Shown here: in pieces, positions 10,901 through 21,590 of the stretch
Layout of the letters: each line of letters begins with the position of its first letter
Position numbering within the stretch: position 1 is the stretch's first letter
Assembly: GCA_963736855.1 (NCBI GenBank)
Contig: CAVTQK010000015.1
Span: forward strand, 288,001-352,000
Reading direction: 5' to 3'
Source: an uncultured delta proteobacterium
GTDB taxonomy: Bacteria; Desulfobacterota; Desulfobacteria; Desulfobacterales; UBA2156
Length of the DNA stretch: 64,000 bases
Notes under the pieces: model-generated
What the model was told of the DNA's origin: nothing
The model's input: only the letters and a program-made list of their open reading frames with translations
Databases searched by the model: none
Made by a program: the position numbers and the translations under genes

Positions 10901-11020
10901 TGAAGCTCCCCGCCTTAAAAGGCGGGGAATCTTATAAGAGCATGGATGAGGATTGCATCCCCCTAGCCCCAACCGCACTCATCCCCGCCATGAATGGCGG
11001 GGCATTCTGCGGGTTTTTTT
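10901..11020. mobile_element. Non-autonomous IS200/IS605-like end element with two GC hairpins
   Basis: TCCCCGCC-ttaaaa-GGCGGGGA (10907-10928) and CCCCGCCA-tgaa-TGGCGGGG (10983-11002), followed by a T run; no ORF. Confidence 0.6.
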
Positions 11021-11077
11021 AATAAAAAAGCCTATTTTGGACAATAGTGAAGATTTATAGTGAAATGAGGTAATGCG

Positions 11078-13771
11078 ATGACTATCCGTAATCTTGATTT
11101 CATGTTCAACCCCTCTTCGGTCGTACTGGTGGGAGCGAGCCAAAAACCTGGCTCCATCGGTGCCGTCCTTGCTCGAAATTTGGTGAGTGGCGGCTTTAAA
11201 GGCGACATCTTTCCCGTTAATTCGAAATACAAGACCATAGAAGGGCTTCGTGCCTATCCTGATTTGGACAGTTTACCGAAAACGCCGGATCTTGCCGTGA
11301 TCGCCACGCCGCCGGATACTGTTCCGCAGCTGATTGAAAAACTCGGCAGACGGGGTACCCGGTCAGCGGTGGTTATATCGACCGGATTCCGCGAAGGCGA
11401 CAGCAAAAAAGGACAACAGTTGTGCGCCCGAATGCTCGACTCGGCCCGTCCCCATCTGCTGCGCATTATGGGCCCCAACTGCTTGGGGATCATGGTACCC
11501 GGGGTGGGCCTTAATGCGAGTTTCGGCCATGTCCAACCCCTTAACGGAAATATCGCGTTTGTCGCCCAGTCGGGAGCGGTTCAGACCTCTGTACTTGACT
11601 GGGCCACGTCGAAGGGAATCGGGTTTTCACATTTTGTGTCCGTGGGCAACATGTCCGATGTCGATTTCGGGGACATGCTCGATTATCTGGCCGCCGATTT
11701 TAGTGCCCAAGCGATCCTGCTTTACATCGAGAACGTTACCCATGCCCGTAAGTTCATGTCTGCGGCCCGGGCGGCGGCCCGGATGAAACCTGTGGTCGTG
11801 GTCAAGGCCGGACGCCATTCCGAGGGCGCCCGAGCCGCCGCTTCCCATACCGGCGCATTAGCCGGCGCCGATGAAGTTTACAATGCCGCCTTTCAACGGG
11901 CTGGGATGCTGCGGGTGATGGACATGCAGGCCCTCTTCGATGCCGTAGAAACCTTGGCCATGTCTCACCCGTTTCCAGGAGATCGTCTGGCCATTTTGAC
12001 CAATGGCGGCGGCATAGGCGTGCTGGCCACCGATGTTCTGATCGATAAAAAGGGGCGCCTGGCCGAGCTGTCTCCCGAAACCATCGCCCGTCTGAACAGT
12101 GTGCTCCCGGACACATGGTCACATAATAACCCGGTGGACATCGTTGGCGATGCCCCGCCGGGTCGCTATATCGATGCGTTAAAGGCACTCCTCGAGGATA
12201 AGGGTGTGGATGCCTTGCTTGTTTTAAACTGCCCTACGGCAGTGGCCTCAAGCACGGAGGCCGCCTGGGCGGTGGTCGACACGCTGAAAGAAAGCGGTTC
12301 AAAGGCAGGTTCCCGGGGAATTTTCACCAGTTGGCTGGGGATAGATTCCGCCCGCGAGGCCCGCAAAATATTTGCCGAAAACAGGATTCCGACCTATGAA
12401 ACACCGGCCGAGGCGGTTCGCGGATTTATGCAGATGGTTCGCTACCGCCGTAGCCAGGAAATGCTGATGGAGACACCAACCAACATCCCGGAAGTCTTCA
12501 AGCCAGAAACGGATAAGGCCCGAGGGATTGTTAACAAGGCGTTATCTCAAGGCTGTATCTGGCTGACCGAGACTGAGGCAAAAGCCGTTCTGGCCGCTTA
12601 CAAAATCCCCGTGGTCCAGACATACGAAGCGGCTACACCCGAACAGGCAGGTGAGATTGCCGCCAAGCTGGACGAATCAGTGGCGTTAAAGATCCTATCC
12701 CCGGATATTACCCACAAGTCGGACGTGGGGGGTGTGGCATTGAATCTTACCTCTGAAGAAGCGGTGAAAAAAACCGCACAGGTCATGAAGGAACGAATCC
12801 GCGAGAGACTACCCGATGCGACGATATCAGGATTTACGGTACAGCCGATGGTGCACCGCCCCAACGCCATGGAACTGATTGTCGGGGTCAGTGATGATAT
12901 ACAGTTCGGTCCGGTGATTCTGTTCGGCCAGGGCGGTACGGCCGTGGAGGTGATTCAGGATAAGGCCATTGCCCTGCCACCGCTTAACATGCAGCTTGCC
13001 CGAGAAGTAATGAGCCGCACGCGCGTATGCCGCCTGCTTGAAGGTTACCGTGGCAAGCCGGCCGCAGATTTGGACAGCATTGCGCTGACCCTGATCAAGG
13101 TGTCGCAACTGATCAGCGATATCGCAGATATCGCTGAACTGGATATCAATCCGCTGCTTGCCGATGAACAGGGGGTGGTGGCACTGGACGCACGCATTAA
13201 GGTGGTCAAATCGCATCTGCCCGCTGCACAACGACTGGCGATTTGTCCTTACCCCAAGGAGCTTGAGGAGACGCTCAAACTTTCCGATGGCCAAACGCTG
13301 CTGCTTCGCCCTATACGGCCGGAGGACGAACCGGCGTTTCAAGCGCTTTTCTCCAGACTCTCCATGGATGAGATCCGCATGCGATTTCTGCATGCCATGA
13401 AAATATTATCTCATAACATGGCGGCGCGTTTGACCCAGATCGATTATGACCGGGAGATGGCACTGGTCCTTTGCGAGCAGACCACTCAAAAAGAACCGGA
13501 GCTTCATGGAGTGGTACGAATTGCGGCGGATCCGGACAACGCACGCGCGGAATTCGCTATTCTCATTCGCCGCGACATGACCGGCATGGGCTTAGGCCCG
13601 ATGCTCATGCGCCGCATTGTCGATTACGCCAAGAAACGGGGTATCGGTGAGATTTTCGGGGAAGTGTTGGCCGAGAACAGGTCCATGTTGAGGATCTGCG
13701 AGGCTTTCGGATTTAAAACAAGACGCGATCCGGAAGAACCCGGTGTTATGATCGTTTCATTGGCGCTGTAA
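11078..13771 (+). CDS. Pat/YfiQ-type protein lysine acetyltransferase (NDP-forming acyl-CoA synthetase domains plus C-terminal GNAT)
   Basis: CoA-binding fold, GPNCLG, QSGA, AASHTGALAG, NPVD, HKSDVGGV ATP-grasp, DINPL; GNAT part LRPIRPEDEP...LTQIDYDREMA...AEFA...G.GLG. Confidence 0.92.
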   Translation: MTIRNLDFMFNPSSVVLVGASQKPGSIGAVLARNLVSGGFKGDIFPVNSKYKTIEGLRAYPDLDSLPKTPDLAVIATPPDTVPQLIEKLGRRGTRSAVVISTGFREGDSKKGQQLCARMLDSARPHLLRIMGPNCLGIMVPGVGLNASFGHVQPLNGNIAFVAQSGAVQTSVLDWATSKGIGFSHFVSVGNMSDVDFGDMLDYLAADFSAQAILLYIENVTHARKFMSAARAAARMKPVVVVKAGRHSEGARAAASHTGALAGADEVYNAAFQRAGMLRVMDMQALFDAVETLAMSHPFPGDRLAILTNGGGIGVLATDVLIDKKGRLAELSPETIARLNSVLPDTWSHNNPVDIVGDAPPGRYIDALKALLEDKGVDALLVLNCPTAVASSTEAAWAVVDTLKESGSKAGSRGIFTSWLGIDSAREARKIFAENRIPTYETPAEAVRGFMQMVRYRRSQEMLMETPTNIPEVFKPETDKARGIVNKALSQGCIWLTETEAKAVLAAYKIPVVQTYEAATPEQAGEIAAKLDESVALKILSPDITHKSDVGGVALNLTSEEAVKKTAQVMKERIRERLPDATISGFTVQPMVHRPNAMELIVGVSDDIQFGPVILFGQGGTAVEVIQDKAIALPPLNMQLAREVMSRTRVCRLLEGYRGKPAADLDSIALTLIKVSQLISDIADIAELDINPLLADEQGVVALDARIKVVKSHLPAAQRLAICPYPKELEETLKLSDGQTLLLRPIRPEDEPAFQALFSRLSMDEIRMRFLHAMKILSHNMAARLTQIDYDREMALVLCEQTTQKEPELHGVVRIAADPDNARAEFAILIRRDMTGMGLGPMLMRRIVDYAKKRGIGEIFGEVLAENRSMLRICEAFGFKTRRDPEEPGVMIVSLAL

Positions 13772-13793
13772 GGGTCGAGGGATTGGAGAGAGG

Positions 13794-14048
13794 CTACGGG
13801 TTGATTTTCGATTTCAAATACGCGATGCAGCCCTTTAATGTTGCCAGCTGCGGGTAGTCTTCCTCGGGGATTTCTACTTTAAGCTGTTCTTGAAGCGCAA
13901 CAGCGAAGTTCATAAAATCGACTGAATCGAAATCGAACTGGTTGCGTAATCGATCGGCGGGATCGAGGTTCTCAATATCAGCTTCCGGCGCAATCTTACC
14001 GATAAGGTCCAGGGCCACTTTCTTGATTTGATCTTCGGTCAACATCAA
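13794..14048 (-). CDS. Acyl carrier protein
   Basis: 84 aa, acidic; FDSVDF phosphopantetheine-Ser motif; IPEEDY..L.TL. Confidence 0.85.
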   Translation of the reverse strand: MMLTEDQIKKVALDLIGKIAPEADIENLDPADRLRNQFDFDSVDFMNFAVALQEQLKVEIPEEDYPQLATLKGCIAYLKSKINP

Positions 14049-14369
14049 TCAGACTCTCTGTTTGAGTTTTATTGTTCATAAAGCTTTATTTTATTATTAT
14101 CGGTCAGGCACTAATTAGGGCATCCTAACTTTGAGCAGAGATCGCGTCAAGAGTCCTGAGGCGGTAAAACTGCTCACAGGACCTTGACGGCTGCCGGCAT
14201 GCAATTCCTCCACACTCAATCCCGTCTCCCCACAGCCCTTTCTGCCTATAATGATTGGACTCTTGCCCCTGGACAGAATAGTATAGGATGAGGGCAAGAA
14301 AGGAATAAAAAGATGATGAATAAGGATATGGGAATAGAGAGTATCAAGACAGAGTGAGATGGTAATGGA

Positions 14370-14655
14370 AGTGAGGTCTGGAGGGTCCCGCAATGGAGGT
14401 GAGCGTAACGAACCGGAACGAAGGGACCCTTCGAAGGGGTCCCCTGGGGTGGTGTTTCCCGGGCTTAATTGCCCGAGCACGGATGTGCCTGGATCAAGTT
14501 GAGGCATGTTTAACTACCCGGCACAGGCAAGGGGAGAAGGGGAAATTGAACGGGCTGGCGCCCAAGAAAAGGCGGAGGAAGGCAAACCTTGTCAATACTC
14601 TTGCCGAGAAGGTGAGATCGTTGGAGGCAGAGAAGCGACCACAGCGTAAGAGGCG
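14370..14655 (+). pseudogene. Degenerate IS3-family transposase OrfA fragment
   Basis: GERNEP-like leader and LTT..RQGEKGKLNGLAPKKRRRKANLVNTLAEKVRSLEAE, resembling IS3 OrfA C-termini; frames broken. Confidence 0.6.
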
Positions 14656-17349
14656 ATGGAGCGAACGTTTTCTATGAGAATTCACCAACTTCAAATTGAA
14701 GAGGCTCTTCACAGCCTTCGGAGTTCTGTCACGGGGCTTTCTGTCGATGAGGCGCAAAAGCGACTGGCTGAATTTGGTCCAAATCTCATAGAGCGCTTTA
14801 GAAAGGAGCACCTTGCGTTAAAACTGCTAAAGGAATTCACGCACTTCTTTGCCGTTATCCTGTGGTTGGCGGCAGGCCTGGCCTTTTTTGCAGAGTGGAG
14901 CGAGCCTGGCCAGGGGATGCTCACACTGGGTTTCGCGATCGTGGGCGTCATTGTGATCAACGGTTTCTTTTCATTTTGGCAAGAATACCGCGCAGAAAGA
15001 GCGGTCGCGGCTTTGCAGAAGCTGCTCCCCCAACTGGTTAAGGTATTGCGCGATGGGAATGCTTCCCAGATACCGGCCTCCCAATTGGTTCCGGGAGACA
15101 TTATTTTCCTATCGGAAGGCGATGACATTCCAGCGGACTCCAGACTGATCGAAGCGTTTGGTGTGCGTGTGAATAACGCGACGATTACTGGAGAGTCCCT
15201 TCCAAAGGGCAGAGACACGCATGAAAGCCACGAGGAGGAGTTGCTTCAGGCCAAGAACGTCGTCTTGGCCGGGACAAATATGGTTGCGGGGGATGCGAAG
15301 GCCCTAGTATTTGCCATAGGCATGAGGACTGAACTCGGTAAGATCGCTCACTTAACGCAGACGTCAAGCGAAACGCCATCCCCGCTTCAGAAAGAGATCG
15401 CGTATGTGAGTCGAATCGTGGGGATTCTGGCTGTTGGGTTAGGGGTCCTTTTCTTTTTTATCGGTCGTGGAGTGGGGCTGTCGTTTTGGGGGAACTTTAT
15501 CTTTGCCATCGGAATCATTGTGGCCAATGTTCCGGAGGGACTTCTTCCCACCGTTACGCTTGCACTTGCTATGGCCTCGCAGCGGATGGCCAGGCGAAAT
15601 GTCCTGGTTCGTCATCTTCCGGCGGTCGAAGCTTTGGGTTCGGCTACAGTGATCTGCACGGACAAGACTGGGACACTGACAGAAAATCGGATGGCGGCGC
15701 GAGAAGTTTTTTCCCCTTCCATGAATCAACCCTGCCATCTGAATGAGGTTCTTCAAAGAAAGAATTTATCCCCAATCCTTTATTACGCAGCATACCGGTG
15801 TCAGAATCTTAAGAGATCAGGAAATGGCAGTCCGGGGCAATGGCTGGGTGATCCCACGGAGATTGCCCTGGCTGAAATGGCTCGAAAGGCTATTCCTGAA
15901 CTGAAGGATTCACCTATGGTAGATGAAGTTCCTTTTAGTTCGGATCGAAAATATATGTCCACACTTCATCAAGAAGCGTCTGGTCTTGTCTTGTATTCCA
16001 AAGGCGCTTTGGAGACCCTCTTACCCCTTTGTTCCGGAATTCAGCTTAAGATACCCGAGCGTCTTGAGGCCGATACTCGATATCGTCTTTTAAAGGTCGA
16101 AGCAGAAATGGCCAGGCGGGGTTTGCGGGTACTTGCTTTTGCTTATCGCCCGGTTCCATCAAGCTATTCACGGGAGTGCCTTGAGGAAGACTTGATTTTT
16201 TTGGGTCTGGTGGGGTTAGAAGATCCGCCACGCAAGGAAGTCCCTCAATCCATTCAGAAATGTCGTGAGGCAGGTATTAAGGTGATCATGATCACCGGGG
16301 ATCATCCATATACAGCCGAAGCCATCGGTCGAGAAATCGGGATGATTTCTTGCAAAGATCCTGTTGTGGTGACTGGCGTAACGCTGAGAAAAACCTCGGA
16401 GACAGAACTTCAACTTCTCTTGAATGCTCCTGAAATCATTTTTGCTCGTGCAGACGCAGATCAAAAGATGAGGATTGTGATTGCTCTTAAGAAAAAGAAG
16501 GAGGTTGTTGCTGTGACGGGCGACGGAGTGAATGATGCCCCGGCGCTCAAGTTGGCCGACATTGGAGTCGCCATGGGAGTAAAAGGGACGGATGTGGCAA
16601 GAGAGTCTTCAGATATTATTCTAATGGACGACAATTTTTCAAGCGTCGTGGCAGCCATTGAGGAGGGGAGAGCGGTTTTTTCGAACATTCGGAGTTTCAT
16701 GACCTACATTTTGACTTCCAACATCCCAGAAATCATTCCTTATCTGGGTTTTGTCCTTCTCAAAATTCCCCTCGCCCTGACCATCATCCAGATCTTGGCC
16801 ATCGATTTGGGGACAGATCTCTTTCCCGCTCTTGCGCTTGGAGCAGAAAAACCGGATCCGGATGTCATGAAACGCCCCCCGCGACCTCGTAGCGAACGGT
16901 TGTTAAACAGGCCTCTCTTCTTTCGGGCTTATCTGTTTCTTGGGTTGATGGAAGCAGCCGCATCTCTGGCGGTGTTCTTCCACGTGTTATACGGAGGAGG
17001 ATGGCGATTTGGAGGAATGTTGTCCTATTCAAACCCACTCTATCTTCAGGCCACTACTGCGGCACTGAGTGCAGTGATTGTGATGCAGGTGGCAAACGTG
17101 TTTATGTGCCGGAGCGATCACAAATCCGTCTTTTCATTTTCGTTGTTGAGCAATCCGCTGATCTTGTTCGGGATTGCCATAGAAGCGGTTATCATCTTGT
17201 TGATTGACTATACGCCCTGGGGCAATCTACTCTTTGGCACAGCCCCGATCTCATGGGATGTATGGCTTTTCATGGTTCCCCTTGCGGTCGGAATGGTTAT
17301 GGTGGAGGAAACCAGAAAATGGATCTATAGGCGTATTCGCTTTCCCTGA
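14656..17349 (+). CDS. Cation-transporting P-type ATPase, P2C (Na+/K+-ATPase-like) signature; start 14656 or 14674
   Basis: TGES, ANVPEGLLPTVT, DKTGTLT, KGA, TGDGVNDAPALK, LTSNIPEI, ILAIDLGTD. Confidence 0.95.
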   Translation: MERTFSMRIHQLQIEEALHSLRSSVTGLSVDEAQKRLAEFGPNLIERFRKEHLALKLLKEFTHFFAVILWLAAGLAFFAEWSEPGQGMLTLGFAIVGVIVINGFFSFWQEYRAERAVAALQKLLPQLVKVLRDGNASQIPASQLVPGDIIFLSEGDDIPADSRLIEAFGVRVNNATITGESLPKGRDTHESHEEELLQAKNVVLAGTNMVAGDAKALVFAIGMRTELGKIAHLTQTSSETPSPLQKEIAYVSRIVGILAVGLGVLFFFIGRGVGLSFWGNFIFAIGIIVANVPEGLLPTVTLALAMASQRMARRNVLVRHLPAVEALGSATVICTDKTGTLTENRMAAREVFSPSMNQPCHLNEVLQRKNLSPILYYAAYRCQNLKRSGNGSPGQWLGDPTEIALAEMARKAIPELKDSPMVDEVPFSSDRKYMSTLHQEASGLVLYSKGALETLLPLCSGIQLKIPERLEADTRYRLLKVEAEMARRGLRVLAFAYRPVPSSYSRECLEEDLIFLGLVGLEDPPRKEVPQSIQKCREAGIKVIMITGDHPYTAEAIGREIGMISCKDPVVVTGVTLRKTSETELQLLLNAPEIIFARADADQKMRIVIALKKKKEVVAVTGDGVNDAPALKLADIGVAMGVKGTDVARESSDIILMDDNFSSVVAAIEEGRAVFSNIRSFMTYILTSNIPEIIPYLGFVLLKIPLALTIIQILAIDLGTDLFPALALGAEKPDPDVMKRPPRPRSERLLNRPLFFRAYLFLGLMEAAASLAVFFHVLYGGGWRFGGMLSYSNPLYLQATTAALSAVIVMQVANVFMCRSDHKSVFSFSLLSNPLILFGIAIEAVIILLIDYTPWGNLLFGTAPISWDVWLFMVPLAVGMVMVEETRKWIYRRIRFP

Positions 17350-17387
17350 TCCGGATCAACCGCAACCAAAAGCCTCTTACACAGCGA

Positions 17388-17558
17388 CATGATGTGCAGA
17401 AAAGACGCAGCGATGAGAACCCCTGCCGCGAAACACATGAAATAGGTTGTATTGTGATGTTCCCAGCCGGAAAAGCGTCGGATCGTGTAGATGCCTAGGG
17501 ACGTAACGAACGCCGCCAGAGTGCTGGTGGTAAATGCCGTCCAGAAGGTATTTTGCAT
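17388..17558 (-). pseudogene. ZIP-family metal transporter, N-terminal fragment
   Basis: TM1-TM2 only (AAFVTSLGI...FMCFAAGVLIAASFLHIM); similarity appears to end just past the ATPase stop codon. Confidence 0.65.
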
Positions 17559-17584
17559 GCCTTATATTCTTACTGGCTTGCGGC

Positions 17585-17974
17585 TTACTTTTTTGGAGTT
17601 TCCGACGAAGTTGGAACCAGCCCGGACGATGCAAACTGCTCCAGCGCCTCCAGCGCCTCGCATGCATAGACCACCGCCGGTCCGCCACCCATCATAATGG
17701 AGATACCCAGGGTCTCCAAAATCTCCTGTCGGGTGGCGCCAGCCCGGATGGCATCATGCACATGGTAGGCAATGCATCCTTCACACCGGGCCGTGATCCC
17801 GATGCCCAATGCGATGAGCTGTTTTATTTTGGCGTTAAGAGCGCCTGGCGCGGTTGTCGCGCCGTTGAGTTGGGCAAACGCCGACATGGGGCCGCGCAGC
17901 TCTCTCGCCAATTTGGCCGACAACTTTTGCAAATGCTCATAAAATAGAGGGTACTCGTCCTTCATTTCGTGCAT
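17585..17974 (-). CDS. Carboxymuconolactone decarboxylase/AhpD-like protein
   Basis: GALNAKIKQLIALGI...RCEGCIAYH...GATRQEI.E...MGGGP; CxxC motif. Confidence 0.9.
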   Translation of the reverse strand: MHEMKDEYPLFYEHLQKLSAKLARELRGPMSAFAQLNGATTAPGALNAKIKQLIALGIGITARCEGCIAYHVHDAIRAGATRQEILETLGISIMMGGGPAVVYACEALEALEQFASSGLVPTSSETPKK

Positions 17975-18041
17975 CTCCTCTTAGAGCAAGGCGCGGCCGA
18001 TGGCTGAAGACAACGTCCGGTCAGCCAACCAGCGGCCGCGG

Positions 18042-18305
18042 CTATAAAGAAAAGCGGATCACCGCGTCGCGGGCGGAGAGGTAATCGAGCATTTCCGATA
18101 GGGTATTGAGCTTCCCATAATCCGACTCGGGAACGGTGACGCCGAGCTCCTCATCGATGCGGATAAAGAAATTCAGGGCATCGAAAGAGTCGATATCGAG
18201 TGTTTTGCGTATGTTTTCGTCCGGCGCCAGGGCGCTTGGGTCCGACTCGGGAGCGATCCGCTTGAGTATCCCGAATATGACGTTTTTGATCTCATCGTTG
18301 TTCAT
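18042..18305 (-). CDS. Acyl carrier protein
   Basis: [20 protein letters not shown]...[12 protein letters not shown]...[12 protein letters not shown]; start overlaps the E2 stop. Confidence 0.88.
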   Translation of the reverse strand: MNNDEIKNVIFGILKRIAPESDPSALAPDENIRKTLDIDSFDALNFFIRIDEELGVTVPESDYGKLNTLSEMLDYLSARDAVIRFSL

Positions 18306-19590
18306 AGCTTTGAGGGCTCCTGAAGGTGGCGGTTCAAGGCATCGAGGAACTGGGCGCCGCGATGGCCGTCGGTGGCCCGGTGGTCCGCTGCAAGGGTCGC
18401 CGTCAGGACCGGCCGCACCCCGAGCATGCCGTTTTCGGCCCAGGGTTGCTCCATGGTCTTGCCGAATCCGACCAGGGCCACCTGGGGCGGGTAAATGACC
18501 CCGTAAACCGTCTCGACCCCGAGGTCGCCCAAATTGGTGACGGTGACGGTGGCATCCGTCATCTCGGAACTGCGCAGCCCTCCGGATCGGGCGCGCATAA
18601 TAAGGTCCCGCAGGGTCGACATAAGTTCGTCCAGACACTTTTCATCCGCGTTTAGAATGGCCGGTGCGATCAGGCCGCCCTGCCGCAGTGAGATCGCAAA
18701 ACCGATATGGATCGCTTCTGATATCTGATGACGGTCCTCGATCCAGTAGCCGTTGAGTTCCGGCACATCCCCCAGGGCGAGCGCCACCGCTTTGATGAGC
18801 GGAACGACGGGCAATATCCGATCCTTGATCGGGCGCTTGATATTTTCCGATTCCAGCCAACGCAAGGTGCGGCTCATATCGATGCCGTGTCTGGAGATAG
18901 TAGTGGGGAATTTCCCGCTTGGAGCGCGCCATGGTCGCTGCGATGGCCCGTCGCATGGCAGTCTGATAATCTTTGGCGGCGGGCTTTTCAGCAACCGGGG
19001 CACTGGGGGGCACCCCTTTTTGTGGTGCTGCGCTCCGCTTTTCTTCGATCGGCGTCGGAGCGGTCTTTTCCAGGGGCTGAGATAGCGCCGTTGCAGCGGC
19101 CCTTTTAACATCCTCCGCACTATCGCGCCGTCCGGCCGGTTCCCGCAAGAGTGGATAGATCAACGAAGCTCTCGGCAGCCAGCTTGCGTGCATAAGGAGA
19201 GGCTTTGACCCGTCTGGCGCCTGCGGCTGGAAGAGATGGCCGTGATTTCTCTTTTTCCAGCCCGGGTGCCGGCTCCGGCACACCTTCGCCTCCCGCCGGC
19301 GCCTGGGAAGCCTCCTTGGGGGGCGCTTTATCCGGCGCTGAGGCCTTTGGTTCGGCCTCTGTTCGAATGATGGCCATGATCGTGCCCACTGCAACCCTTT
19401 GGCCCGGTTGGACGAGAAGCGCTTCAATGATGCCGTCTTCGTACACCTCGATCTCGATGGCGGCTTTATCGGTCTCAATGACGGCGATGACATCCCTCCG
19501 TTTGACATGGTCACCGGGTTTTACCCGCCATTCAAGAAGCGTGCCCGCCTGCATATCCGAGCCCAAACTGGGCATGCGAAATTCAACCAT
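18302..19590 (-). CDS. pdhC: Dihydrolipoamide acyltransferase E2 (frameshifts near 19135 and 18890)
   Basis: Lipoyl domain [38 protein letters not shown], spread over three frames. Confidence 0.88.
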
Positions 19591-20588
19591 TGGCGCCCAC
19601 CATTTTTCGGACGAGGTCTACGATCTTATCCGTCTGCGGCAGGACCGCCTCCTCCAGGTGCCTGGCGTAGGGCATGGGTACTTCAACACTGCAGAGGCGC
19701 TCGACGGGAGCGTCCAGCTCGTAGAAGGCGCCCTCCATGATTCGCGCGCCGATCTCGGCCGAAATGCTTCCGCTGCGCCATCCCTCATCCACAATGAGCG
19801 CACGGTGCGTCTTGGCGACCGATTCCAGGAATGTCTTTTCATCCAGCGGGCGCAGCGTGCGCAGGTCGATGACCTCCGCTTCGATCCCTTGCTTGGACGA
19901 GGATTTCCGCCGCATCCAGCGATTTGTAGAGGCTCGCCGAGTAGGTGATGATGGTGATATCTTTTCCGGCCCTGCGCACACGGGCTTGATCGATATCTAC
20001 CGCACCGGCATCGGCGGCAAGCGTCCCTTCCAGGTTGTAAAGCCCGCTGTTTTCAAAGATGAGCACCGGGTCCGGGTCCTGCAGAGCGGTCCAGAGCATG
20101 CCGCGCGCGTCCTCGATGGTGGCCGGGCTGAGCACTTTGATGCCTGGGATATGGGCATACCAGCCCTCGAGGGAGCGGGAATGCTGGGCCGCCAATTGCC
20201 GGCCGCCGCCGGTCGCCATGCGGATGACGATGGGGACATTGAACTGTCCGCCGGACATGTAAAGATAGACGGCGGCGGTGTTGATGATCTGGTCGGCGGC
20301 CAGCAGGCTGAAGTTGACCGTCATGACCTCCACGATGGGGCGCATGCCGCCCAGGGCCGCACCGATGCCCGCGCCCACGAACCCGGATTCGGAGAGCGGG
20401 GTATCGCGGATCCTTTCCGGGCCGAATTCTTCGAGCAATCCTTTGCTCACCGCAAAGCACCCCCCATACCGGCCCACATCCTCTCCCATGAGGAAAACCC
20501 GTTCGTCTTTTTGCATGGCCTCCCGGATGGCTTCGCGCACGGCTTCACGGTAGGTGAGCTTTCGCAGGTCCATATCGCCGATGGTCAT
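19583..20588 (-). CDS. pdhB: Pyruvate dehydrogenase E1 beta-like (frameshift near 19895)
   Basis: GEDVG.YGG, DTPLSE, AAQHS; then [12 protein letters not shown]...LDAPV.R in the next frame. Confidence 0.9.
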
Positions 20589-21554
20589 GGCATCCTCCGT
20601 TCCGAATAGACGAAGCGAGTCAGATCTTCGAGCGGCTCCCAGGTGCATGCCTCGGCAAAGGCGACGGCTTCGTTGATCTCCCGGGCCACGTCGCGCTCGA
20701 TCTCTTCGATGTCGACATCGCCAAGGAGTCCTTCACTTTTCATCTTCTGCGTGAAGGTCGCGATCGGGCAGCGCTTTTTCCATTCCTCGACTTCCGCTTT
20801 GGTTCGATAGAGCTCCGGGTCGTACATGGAGTGGGCCCGAAAACGATAGGTGCGGCATTCCAATAAAAACGGTTTCCCATTGGACCGAATCGCCTCGGCC
20901 GCCTTTTTCGCAGCCGTCTCGACCGCCAGAACATCCATGCCGTCCACCGCCGCTGAAGTCACGTCGTAGCTCGATGCCTTGCGGGCGATATCCATGACGG
21001 CACTGTTCGTATTTCAGCGCCGTGCCCATGGCGTACAAGTTGTTTTCGCAAACGAACAGCACCGGCAATTGCCACAGGGAAGCCAGGTTCAAGCTTTCAT
21101 GAAACTCCCCCTCGGCGACAGCGCCTTCGCCGAAAAAGCAGCATGTGACGCGCGGTTTTTGCTGCATTTTGTCCGCCAGGGCCAGACCGACCGCAATGGG
21201 AAGACCGCCGCCGACAATGGCATTTCCTCCATAAAACCTCGTTTTGTCATCGAAAAGATGCATGGAACCGCCTCGACCGCGGCTGCACCCTTCCTGTTTT
21301 CCGTACATTTCCGCCAGAATAGCACCCGCGGGAACGCCCCGTACGAGCGCATGGCCATGTTCGCGATAGGTGGCCACAATGGCGTCCTCCTGAGTCAGCG
21401 CTTCCAGGACGCCGACGGCCACTGCCTCTTCTCCGTCATAGAGGTGCAGAAATCCGCGTATCTTCATGGCGCTGTAAAGTTCGGCGCATTTTTCCTCCAG
21501 ACGCCGGATGCGAATCATGGCGCGCAGCAGGTGCAATGCATGATCGCGGTCCAC
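20585..21554 (-). CDS. pdhA: Pyruvate dehydrogenase E1 alpha-like (frameshift near 21000)
   Basis: [24 protein letters not shown]...ENN ThDP motif, [11 protein letters not shown]. Confidence 0.9.
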
Positions 21555-21590
21555 CGCGTTCGTCTTTGATTTTCAGTGCACTTTTGGTTT

